Below, in pieces: positions 38,670 through 47,211 of a DNA stretch of 64,000 nt. The DNA comes from Bacteroidota bacterium (GTDB lineage Bacteria > Bacteroidota > Bacteroidia > UKL13-3): NCBI GenBank assembly GCA_027484685.1, contig JAIXSO010000048.1:8477-72476 (forward strand). Direction: 5' to 3'. The notes under the pieces were generated by a model. It searched no databases and was not told the DNA's origin. It saw only the letters and a program-made list of their open reading frames with translations. The number at the start of each line of letters is the position of its first letter. Within the stretch, counting starts at the first letter, position 1. Both the position numbers and the translations under genes were made by a program.

Positions 38670-38959
38670 AATGAAATATAGAATATCGATTTTCATGTTA
38701 ACACTTATGTTATAAATTTTAAACAAGTCGAGGAATTACAATTTTCTTTCTTGCACTCGCTAGCGTAACACTAGTGAGTGTATCATTAAGCCTCTGGCTG
38801 ATTAAAGTAATCCCTAATTTGGATTTGTTGTTTGATTTTTCCAATCTTTTATAAGACAAAATGTACTTATTGCAGGTGTTTATACGCATTGTGAATGCTC
38901 ATAAGAACTATATGTTTAGCAACAAAACAATCATAAAAATGATTACAATAATTTAACTA

Positions 38960-39658
38960 TCAACATATCATCATTAACCTAGTTTCTCCTGCTTTTTCCT
39001 TTGGTGCTCTATGCACACATGGAAACACTTTGCTTTCAGGATGGTCAATTGCTAATCGCCATAAATTACCAATACCTAGGCTAATGGGTTGTGCATTTGG
39101 TTTTTCTTGGTAATGTAAATCAAAAAAGTGCTTACTTAAAAATGCTTCAAATCCCTCCTCTGCTCCTTCATATAGTTTTTTGAGTTCATTGCGAATTTCT
39201 GGAATAAGAATTTTTTGTTGCCCCTGTTCATTAGGCAATATTTGGCTTGGTTCACCATAATACGTGCACAAAAAAGTATCTACAGCAATTGGAGATCTGT
39301 CTACATGATAAGAATAAACATCGGTTGGAAAGAATGGAAAATCATCATCTCTATTGTAATATTTAATCAAATTTAGAGTTGGTATTGCTCCATGAACTTT
39401 TAACAGCGTTAAATCATCAATCAGTATTTGACGAGCAAGTTGCCCTTGCTCACTTAATATAAGTTCATTTAAATCGGTTTCATCAATAGCTACTATATTA
39501 TCTTTAAAGGCTATCTTATTTACTATTTCCGAAAAATCTCCTAATAAATTTCGTTTCCAACAAATAGCATTTATGTTGCCTTGGAAAGGCGTTAAAGTAA
39601 GTTCTTGAAAATTAGCAACACAATGAATTTGATTGTAAGCCTGAGATAAATTGAACAT
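38960..39658 (-). CDS. DUF1826-like protein (tentative)
   Basis: The segments YHVDRSPIAVDTFLCTYYGEPSQIL and CVHRAPKEKAGETRLMMIC resemble the DUF1826 conserved blocks as I recall them. Confidence 0.4.
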   Translation of the reverse strand: MFNLSQAYNQIHCVANFQELTLTPFQGNINAICWKRNLLGDFSEIVNKIAFKDNIVAIDETDLNELILSEQGQLARQILIDDLTLLKVHGAIPTLNLIKYYNRDDDFPFFPTDVYSYHVDRSPIAVDTFLCTYYGEPSQILPNEQGQQKILIPEIRNELKKLYEGAEEGFEAFLSKHFFDLHYQEKPNAQPISLGIGNLWRLAIDHPESKVFPCVHRAPKEKAGETRLMMIC

Positions 39659-39714
39659 AATGATTTAAAGTAAATAATGAAACGAAAGTAATACCAATTG
39701 CATTTATAAAATAA

Positions 39715-41694
39715 TTAGTCTTTTCTCTTGGCATTTCGTTTTTTTATGGCAATTCTACTTAAGGTATTATTCTTCAATAACATCAACTTGTTTAATTTAT
39801 AATAAGTACCAAATTGCTTATTAATCCCAGTACTTCTAATTTTATACATTTGGTATTCTAACAATCGCTCATAAATCAACTCATTTCTTTCCACTGAAGT
39901 TTCTTTGGCTTGTCTTCTACAATATCTATTTATAGCACGAAAATTGTTTTTTAAACGAAATAATTCATTTTCATAAGCAGGCCATTGGTCGGTAAATTTT
40001 TCTAAATTCTGACCATATAATTCGTCAGCATCAGCAACGCCAAGTTTTTTTAAATAAGTATAATCGTAAGCTAATTTTTTATGGATGTTACAAAATAAAT
40101 CGACATACCTTTTTAAAACTTTTAATTCGGCATAGTAATTTTTAAAAATAAAAGTATTCTTACTATCAAAAAGTAGTAAATCATCGTTGAACTTGTATTT
40201 TAGCAAAGTATCTTTACGACTTCTTACTTCTAAATCCATATCATCAACCATATTATATCTATACCCTTGTGTACTGTAAACCTTACCCGTATTTCGATTT
40301 GATTTTACACTATATTTTTCACTAGCCGTTTTATAATAAGCAAACAAACTATCCATTTTTTTAACTTGAAAATAAAGACTATCTTTAATTCTTAACAACG
40401 AATCATTTAACAATTCAATATTATTTACACATAAAATAGAATCTTCTCTAAGCGGATTTAAAAACAGCCGAGCATTTTCAAATCGCTTACTTTTCAAAAG
40501 GTCTTTTAACTTAAAATTCGATTTTTTGACGGTAGATTTTATAAGTTTAAGTGCATCTCTTTTAATTTTACCACCAGTAACAAGCTTGCTGTATACAGCC
40601 GATGTAGAAGAAATTAAACGTTGATTTTGATTTCTTAAAGTGTCTCGTTTTTGAACATTATTTTTAATTAAATCTTGCTTTTGGATATTTAAAAAATACA
40701 TCATCGAATCAAGGTGCATTTTTGAACTATCAGTTAATAAAATTACGGAGTCGCAAGCAACTTTAGTATTGCTTTTGTTCATTTCCTTTTCATCAATTGA
40801 TAGCAATAAATCTTGAGCCATCATTAAATAGCTGTTGGCAATGGCTATATGGTTTTTGTGGTTAAATTTATGTACCATAAAACCTACATCAATCATGTTT
40901 TTTTCAAATTCAGCATTGGCATAATCTACTCGTGCAGCATCCAAAACATCATCTGAAATACTATTTATGCTATCGTTATATGAATGTAGAAAATAAGCGC
41001 TGTCTTTTTCAAAATATTCAATATTCTGCTCATCGTTCAGTAGTTGCCACATAGGCACTGAGGCTATATGGTCTGTTTTAAAATAATGACCACCCTTTAA
41101 ATAGTAAAAATTATTTGGACTCTTAACAAAATGAGGCTTGTACTTATATATTCCTTGTGTACCAAGTGTTAAAATTTTTACAAAAAAACCAATAAATGTA
41201 AGTCGGTAAGAACTTACATAACCCGCATCCCAACATACATCAATTAACTTCCATTGTTTATCAATATAAACTGCGTTCCAAATATGTTTATCAATATATA
41301 ATTTATCGTTTAAATCGTCACTATTTCCTTTAACATAACCTGGCACCGAGGCTGAAATGATATTTGCATTTTTACATAATTCATTGAACAAATCGGTATA
41401 ACCCAAACAAACGGCTTTGCGTTTACGTAAAATGGTTTTAATAGAAGTCCTTTCAAAGTTGTTTTTAGCCACCTTCTTCACATCGTACTTAATATGACTT
41501 ACCATCCAACTATGAATAGCAGCTACTTTTTCTTCATCAGTTTTTAAGTGATGTGTTAATTTGTAAGCTAGTTTTTTAGCATTATAAGTATAAAAAAAGG
41601 GCACAAATTTATGTGCTTTTACACCTTGTGCATACGCTAAAAAGCAATGAAATAAAGCTCCAAGCAATAATATTGTTTTATAAAACTTTCCCAT
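39715..41694 (-). CDS. transglutaminase-like cysteine-protease-fold domain protein with long Lys/Asn-rich helical C-terminal region
   Basis: Signal peptide. Transglutaminase-core motif KRKAVCLGYTDLFNELC followed by HIWNAVY...WKLIDVCWD (Cys-His-Asp arrangement). Its start overlaps the upstream stop by 1 nt (TAATG). Confidence 0.65.
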   Translation of the reverse strand: MGKFYKTILLLGALFHCFLAYAQGVKAHKFVPFFYTYNAKKLAYKLTHHLKTDEEKVAAIHSWMVSHIKYDVKKVAKNNFERTSIKTILRKRKAVCLGYTDLFNELCKNANIISASVPGYVKGNSDDLNDKLYIDKHIWNAVYIDKQWKLIDVCWDAGYVSSYRLTFIGFFVKILTLGTQGIYKYKPHFVKSPNNFYYLKGGHYFKTDHIASVPMWQLLNDEQNIEYFEKDSAYFLHSYNDSINSISDDVLDAARVDYANAEFEKNMIDVGFMVHKFNHKNHIAIANSYLMMAQDLLLSIDEKEMNKSNTKVACDSVILLTDSSKMHLDSMMYFLNIQKQDLIKNNVQKRDTLRNQNQRLISSTSAVYSKLVTGGKIKRDALKLIKSTVKKSNFKLKDLLKSKRFENARLFLNPLREDSILCVNNIELLNDSLLRIKDSLYFQVKKMDSLFAYYKTASEKYSVKSNRNTGKVYSTQGYRYNMVDDMDLEVRSRKDTLLKYKFNDDLLLFDSKNTFIFKNYYAELKVLKRYVDLFCNIHKKLAYDYTYLKKLGVADADELYGQNLEKFTDQWPAYENELFRLKNNFRAINRYCRRQAKETSVERNELIYERLLEYQMYKIRSTGINKQFGTYYKLNKLMLLKNNTLSRIAIKKRNAKRKD

Positions 41695-42353
41695 TAATTG
41701 AATTTATTGTTCCATTGTTGCCACCAAATGTATAAATCGAATATAATGAGTATAAAAATAGAAGTTAATCCAACCCAATAACCCCAAAGTTTTTCTCCAG
41801 AAAAATCAAATAAAATAAAGGCATGATATAAAAAGAAGGCTGCTATTATTTCTAAAAACAAATTGATTCTAACTGGAGATTTTTCTAAAAATTTCCCTGC
41901 CAAACTAATTAATAAAAATAACAAGGATAAAAAGGTTCCAAATTGAAAAACATAAGGCAATGCATTTATGCTCATTCCTATTCCTGTATAAACATTAGGC
42001 TCTGGATTCAAAAAAATCTTTAGGAAAGGATACTTTTTTGTAAGTGTTGCAGAGAGATATTCCTCTTTATTATTTGATTTATCAGCATCATTCTCGTTAA
42101 AACTATTTTCATTGGCAGAGGTATCAATATTGTTTGTATTAACTAAAGGTGTTTCAATTTCAATGGTATCAGAATCAAAGCTCATCAACGAATCCATTTC
42201 ACGAGTGGCTTTAGCTATAGAATCAGCTTGACGTTGTGCTTCTTGTTTTGCTTTTTCTTCAGCACTTGGTCCACCACATCCACTTTGAAAAAAAGGAAGA
42301 AAAAAGGTACATAAAACCAAAACATGCAAAAAGCGAGAATATTTTATCATCAT
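41694..42353 (-). CDS. membrane lipoprotein, unknown function
   Basis: Lipobox FFQSGCGG, an acidic low-complexity linker, then 3-4 hydrophobic helices. Confidence 0.5.
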   Translation of the reverse strand: MMIKYSRFLHVLVLCTFFLPFFQSGCGGPSAEEKAKQEAQRQADSIAKATREMDSLMSFDSDTIEIETPLVNTNNIDTSANENSFNENDADKSNNKEEYLSATLTKKYPFLKIFLNPEPNVYTGIGMSINALPYVFQFGTFLSLLFLLISLAGKFLEKSPVRINLFLEIIAAFFLYHAFILFDFSGEKLWGYWVGLTSIFILIIFDLYIWWQQWNNKFN

Positions 42354-42390
42354 AATAAAAGAATATTGTTAAACCTTATTTATACTTTTG

Positions 42391-42423
42391 CCACTTCGCA
42401 TTCCGCACTCCGAACTCCGCATT
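42391..42423. repeat. GCGGAGT-type word repeat in the spacer between the 708-aa and 219-aa genes
   Basis: ccacttcgcattccgcactccgaactccgcatt (coding strand: aatgcggagttcggagtgcggaatgcgaagtgg). Confidence 0.6.
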
Positions 42424-42426
42424 ATC

Positions 42427-44553
42427 TTAAATGCTTCCGTTCCATTTTCTAATAAACCACTCCATGCTCAATAACAACAAAATAATAAAGAAAATCCATT
42501 TGTTATTGATTAACTCATCTAGCTTCGAATTAGTATAACTAACTGCTTGAATATTTTCGTTTGCAGTAATATTTCCCGGTATTTTATCCATATTGGCATA
42601 CGTGTAAAACTGGCCTTTGGTATCGTTTGCCAAGGTATTCAATAATTGATAATCAGCGCGCGTTTGGGTTAGTTCAGCTTGCAATGCTTGTACTATAAAA
42701 TTACCCGTTTTAGTTTCTTTTTGATTAATGCTTTTAGCACTGTAAGTATAAGTTCCCACAGGCAATTGACCTAAATTAGCCGTATATGATTTATCAGTTT
42801 TACTAAAGCTGTAATCAAACTGTTTGCCTTGTGCATTTTTTATAATTAACGAAATGTCTTCGGTGTTTTGCAACTCATAACTTTGGTTATAAATCTGTGC
42901 ATCAAAAACTACGTTTTCGCCCTCATCAAATTTTTGTTTAATGGGTTTTACTTTAAAAAAACTTTTATCGGCTTTTAAAGCTATGGATTGAATTACCTTG
43001 GCTATTAAATCGCTGGTTATTACTTGCGAGTTATTTTTATCAAAATCAAACAAACGCCATTTCCAAAAACCTTCACCCATTAAAAATGCCAAATTACTAG
43101 CATTGTCAATGCTTAGCATAGGTTCGTTTGTTAATACATAGCCAATTTGCTGTTTTAAAACCAACTGCGATTGTGCATTTAAACTGTATTTTCCATAAGC
43201 AACTTGCAAAGGAGGAAAATCTGCAATTTGTTTAGCTGTTGTTTCATCAAAATATAACGAACTGTTAGCTGCGTTAAACCCTGCTGTGGCGGCTGTAGAA
43301 GTAATTTGTGGAGCCGAAAACTGCAAACTACTTTGTAATTGATTCAATTGCGCAAATCCTGTGCGATTGGTTAACACAAAAAAACAGGGTGTTTTGCTAT
43401 CAATTATATATTTTACCAAAGGCATGGCTTCATTCCTAAATCCAGGTAGTTGATGGGCAATAACTACATCGTATTTTTTTATCAAATCATTGCTTGCTTC
43501 GTTGAACAATACAATGCTTGCTTCGTAATTTTGATTTTGATTGATGGCTTGTTTTAAAGCACTTAAATCAGGATGCGGACACAAGCCCACTATCAATATC
43601 TTTTGTTTCGATTTGATTACATCCACAAAAAAATCAAACTGATTATTTACATAACTAATTTCGTTATTTTGTTTGGTAATAGTTACCGTAAAATGTTGCG
43701 AACCTTCTGTGCTAGTAGGCAGTTTAGCTTTTATGGTTTTAAAAAATGTTTTATTATCAATGGTAATATTTTGCTTAAAAATACTTTGCCCTTTATGGCT
43801 AATTTGAACCAAACTAGGTTGATTTAAAAAATCGAAAGCAGCCAAATCAATTTCTACTTCAAATTCATTTCCAGCAAAAACTATTTGGTTATAACGTACA
43901 TTTTTTATCAATGCATCGCGCTGTTGATTGCTATCGCCTAAAGCCACCGTATAAAAAGGAACTTTTAAGTTTTTAGCACTTTCAAGCGGACTATTTCCTT
44001 TGGTATAAATCCCATCAGTTGCCATTATTACAGCACCTAAATTTTGGTTACTGTAGTTGTTTTCAATTTCATTAAGTACAGATTCTAAATTACTTTGTTT
44101 TTGTTTAAAAGTTAAAGCAGAATCAGATTGAATTTCATTACCAAAAGCAATGGTTTTAACCTCGTAGTTATCTTTTAAATTATTGACCAACTGGTTAATT
44201 TTATTTTGCAAATTGGCCTTGTATTCTGCACCAAATTTATTGGTAATAATAGATTCGCTATTATCGGCAGCTATTACTACTATTGGTTTTTTTACTTGCT
44301 TGTTGGTCGATTTAATTAATATCCCTAACAATAAAAAAAGTAACATAAAAACACTCAAAAAACGAAGTCCATTTAAACTCCATTTTATCCATTTGTTTTC
44401 AATATTTAAAGGATTTTTATAATATAAAAACCACGATATACCCGCAGCCAAAGCAAGGCATAAAGGAATAAACCAAAGTGAAAATTCTGCGCTTAAATTG
44501 TACAATGTGTTAAGTTTTTTATTTGGTAAATAAAAATGGTGCGGGAACGTCAT
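42427..44553 (-). CDS. membrane protein with BatA-like N-terminal double-TM segment, vWA-like and amidotransferase-like regions, and a C-terminal TM anchor (tentative)
   Basis: Two N-terminal helices (LWFIPLCLALAAGISWFLYY, FLSVFMLLFLLLGILI) followed by VVIAADNSESI. A central KILIVGLCPHPD block. A C-terminal helix WIFFIILLLLSMEWFI. Confidence 0.5.
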   Translation of the reverse strand: MTFPHHFYLPNKKLNTLYNLSAEFSLWFIPLCLALAAGISWFLYYKNPLNIENKWIKWSLNGLRFLSVFMLLFLLLGILIKSTNKQVKKPIVVIAADNSESIITNKFGAEYKANLQNKINQLVNNLKDNYEVKTIAFGNEIQSDSALTFKQKQSNLESVLNEIENNYSNQNLGAVIMATDGIYTKGNSPLESAKNLKVPFYTVALGDSNQQRDALIKNVRYNQIVFAGNEFEVEIDLAAFDFLNQPSLVQISHKGQSIFKQNITIDNKTFFKTIKAKLPTSTEGSQHFTVTITKQNNEISYVNNQFDFFVDVIKSKQKILIVGLCPHPDLSALKQAINQNQNYEASIVLFNEASNDLIKKYDVVIAHQLPGFRNEAMPLVKYIIDSKTPCFFVLTNRTGFAQLNQLQSSLQFSAPQITSTAATAGFNAANSSLYFDETTAKQIADFPPLQVAYGKYSLNAQSQLVLKQQIGYVLTNEPMLSIDNASNLAFLMGEGFWKWRLFDFDKNNSQVITSDLIAKVIQSIALKADKSFFKVKPIKQKFDEGENVVFDAQIYNQSYELQNTEDISLIIKNAQGKQFDYSFSKTDKSYTANLGQLPVGTYTYSAKSINQKETKTGNFIVQALQAELTQTRADYQLLNTLANDTKGQFYTYANMDKIPGNITANENIQAVSYTNSKLDELINNKWIFFIILLLLSMEWFIRKWNGSI

Positions 44554-44594
44554 CCTGATTCCGCCTCAGCGGAGAAAGAACTATAATTGTAACA

Positions 44595-44645
44595 GTCATT
44601 TCGAGCGAAGTCGAGAAACGGTATCTCGACTTCGCTCGATGTGAC
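44595..44645. repeat. GTCA...TGAC palindromic hairpin repeat, copy B (most compact)
   Basis: gtcatttcgagcgaagtcgagaaa-cggta-tctcgacttcgctcgatgtgac. 22-nt arms with a 2-nt internal mismatch. Confidence 0.9.
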
Positions 44646-44672
44646 ACACCGCGCTTTATATGATAAATAAAA

Positions 44673-45419
44673 CTACATCACCATACCACCGCAAACATTA
44701 ATAGTTTGGCCGGTAATATAGGCTGAAAGTTCACTTGCTAAAAATGCAACACAATTGGCTACATCTACCGTGCTTCCGCCACGTTTTAAAGGAATTCCTT
44801 TAATCCATTCTGCTTTTACATCAGCATTTAAGGCGTCAGTCATTTCAGTTTCAATAAAACCTGGAGCAATCGCATTGCAACGGATATTGCGGCTTCCTAA
44901 CTCTTTAGCTACCGATTTGGTAAAACCAATCATACCTGCTTTTGATGCTGCATAATTAGCTTGACCCGCATTTCCAGTTATACCAACCACCGAAGTTATA
45001 TTGATAATAGAACCTTGTTTGGCTTTCATCATATATTTAGTAGCAGCTTTGGTCATGTTAAATGCCGATTTTAAGTTGGTGTCTAATACTTCGTCCCATT
45101 GTGCTTCGCTCATGCGCATTAATAGTGTATCGCGGGTAATACCAGCATTGTTAACCAATACATCAATTTTACCAAATTCTTTTACCACTTCGTCTACCAA
45201 AGTTTCGCTAGCAGCAAAATCGGCCGCATTACTTTGATATCCTTTTGCTTTAACGCCTAAAGCATTTAATTCTGCCTCAAAAGCATTGGCTTTTTCAACC
45301 GAACTAGCATAAGTAAAAGCTATATCAGCACCTAAATTAGCTAAATAAGTGGCTATTCCTTTGCCAATTCCACGACTAGCACCAGTAATTAAAATTGTTT
45401 TGTTTTGTAATGTTAACAT
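44673..45419 (-). CDS. fabG: 3-oxoacyl-[acyl-carrier-protein] reductase
   Basis: TGASRGIGKGIA, NNAGITRD, YAASKAG and GQTINVCGGMVM motifs. 248 aa. Confidence 0.9.
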   Translation of the reverse strand: MLTLQNKTILITGASRGIGKGIATYLANLGADIAFTYASSVEKANAFEAELNALGVKAKGYQSNAADFAASETLVDEVVKEFGKIDVLVNNAGITRDTLLMRMSEAQWDEVLDTNLKSAFNMTKAATKYMMKAKQGSIINITSVVGITGNAGQANYAASKAGMIGFTKSVAKELGSRNIRCNAIAPGFIETEMTDALNADVKAEWIKGIPLKRGGSTVDVANCVAFLASELSAYITGQTINVCGGMVM

Positions 45420-45683
45420 AAAAATGAGTTTCTATAAAAATTGAGCAAATATATTAAACTGTTTTAAAGCAATTTATAATTCATAAAAATAGCTCCAGAT
45501 GAAAATATAATACATTGAAATATTGAGCATTATAGTTTAAAATTAGTATAAAATACTGCATTTTAGGTTAATAATTAAAAAAACATTGCCTTAGCCCAAT
45601 ATTATTTTTGTAGATGTGGTTAAAACAACCAATAATTGTATAGGCAAAATACTTAAATCAGTTTGTGCTTTTTTAATTAACAA

Positions 45684-46334
45684 ATGAAAAAATATTATTC
45701 AGTTATATCATTACTTTTTTTAGCAATCATATTTTTTAATGGCTGCAAAGAAAAATTTGAATGCAGTTCTAACAATAAAGTACCAATACCCCAAATAATG
45801 AAAGATTACTTTTATTATAAAGAAGGCACTTGGTGGGTATATAAAAATGTTAAAAACAATACCTACGACAGCATGTGGGTATGGCAAAGCAGTAGTAATT
45901 ATTACCAAGGGCAAGGAGGAGAGGGTTTTGGCAGCACTGACAAATGTTATGAACGGATTGTAATGGGTATTGACCAAAGGGGTGGTGATAGTGTTTCCAA
46001 ATTTAGTATGTGGGACTTGAGCAACTTTGTCGTAAATAATAACAACCGATTTGCTTTTGGAGTCTTTGGGAGAAATATATCTACAACCGCAAATTGGGAT
46101 TTAGATTTATTTTTCACAAATAACGAATTGGAAAAATATAAGCCCGTTAGGCAGATTAGTTCTGTCTATAAGGAAATTGAAACAGTGCAGAATAATAATT
46201 ATAATAACCTTATTGAAGTTGTAGGTTCAAACCAAGTTCATTACTGGCTGTTTTCCAAGCATATTGGACTTATTAAATATGTAGACCGCTACTCCAACCA
46301 ATGGGAGCTAGTAAAATATAATATTAGCCAATAA
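45684..46334 (+). CDS. lipoprotein of unknown function, tandem paralogue 1
   Basis: Lipobox FFNGC. Shares blocks with the next gene: YYKEGTWWVY/FYKDNSYWVY, YDS, DKCYE/NKCYE, NLIEV, and IGLIKYVDRYSNQWELVKYNISQ / IGLIKYIDKQANKWELVKHQVNQ. Confidence 0.6.
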   Translation: MKKYYSVISLLFLAIIFFNGCKEKFECSSNNKVPIPQIMKDYFYYKEGTWWVYKNVKNNTYDSMWVWQSSSNYYQGQGGEGFGSTDKCYERIVMGIDQRGGDSVSKFSMWDLSNFVVNNNNRFAFGVFGRNISTTANWDLDLFFTNNELEKYKPVRQISSVYKEIETVQNNNYNNLIEVVGSNQVHYWLFSKHIGLIKYVDRYSNQWELVKYNISQ

Positions 46335-46345
46335 AGAAAAACTAC

Positions 46346-46984
46346 ATGAAAAACCTATTACTAGCTGCTTTACTGCTATTGCTTTTTACCAATATGCAAT
46401 GCAAACTTACAGGACCAAATGAAATTGATTGCAATAATAATAGTATTCATTTATCTGGTAATGCTAAAAGTTATTTTTTTTATAAAGATAATTCTTATTG
46501 GGTTTATTATAACGAAGCCACCAACGAGTATGATAGCTTTTTTGTTTCTAAAGCCGAGCTTAATATACGCCAACCGATTAAAGACATGGGAGATGACGTA
46601 AATAAATGTTATGAATGTGCTAGAATTAGTATTTGCAATACTTCAAAAAAGGAAGTTTTTTACCTTACAATAGACAATACATCAGAAAATCGTAATTCAT
46701 TTCAAGAGTTTCAAAAATCTGTTGGTTTTGAATCAGATTTTGGATTATTTTATACAAAAGATAGTTTAGAAACAATCAATGGAGTGCGTCCTTATGAAAT
46801 AACAATAATTGATAGTTTGGAAATTCAAAGTAAATGGTATAAGAATCTAATAGAAGTAAAATCAGACAAGGTAGGTTTTGATAATTTTAATTATAGGTTA
46901 TATGCTAAAAATATAGGACTAATAAAATATATAGATAAACAAGCCAATAAATGGGAATTAGTTAAACACCAAGTAAACCAATAA
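46346..46984 (+). CDS. lipoprotein of unknown function, tandem paralogue 2
   Basis: Signal peptide ending NMQC. Collinear similarity to 45684..46334 (see the blocks listed there). Confidence 0.6.
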   Translation: MKNLLLAALLLLLFTNMQCKLTGPNEIDCNNNSIHLSGNAKSYFFYKDNSYWVYYNEATNEYDSFFVSKAELNIRQPIKDMGDDVNKCYECARISICNTSKKEVFYLTIDNTSENRNSFQEFQKSVGFESDFGLFYTKDSLETINGVRPYEITIIDSLEIQSKWYKNLIEVKSDKVGFDNFNYRLYAKNIGLIKYIDKQANKWELVKHQVNQ

Positions 46985-47211
46985 ACTTATGAAAACAGAA
47001 ATAATTCTACAAGACAATTGTTGAACGATTATTACAAAAATATCCCCATTTCAAACCTATTGGTTATTAGTGTATTTCTTAAAAGCAAATTGAATATCAA
47101 TTGCAATCTTTTGCTTTCAAGAACTATTATCATATTAGCATAATTTTTTTTGAGTGGTTCTATTTGTTGTTTATTGTTTTTTATATTGCTGCCATGATTT
47201 ATTTAAAAAAT

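Noticed and set aside
44549-44580. Possible additional half-copy of the GTCA hairpin family (gtcatcctgattccgcctcagcggagaaagaac).
   Set aside because: Only the first five bases match the family. The internal hairpin (tccgc/gcgga) is different. It is mentioned in the family finding as a neighbouring hairpin but not counted as a copy.
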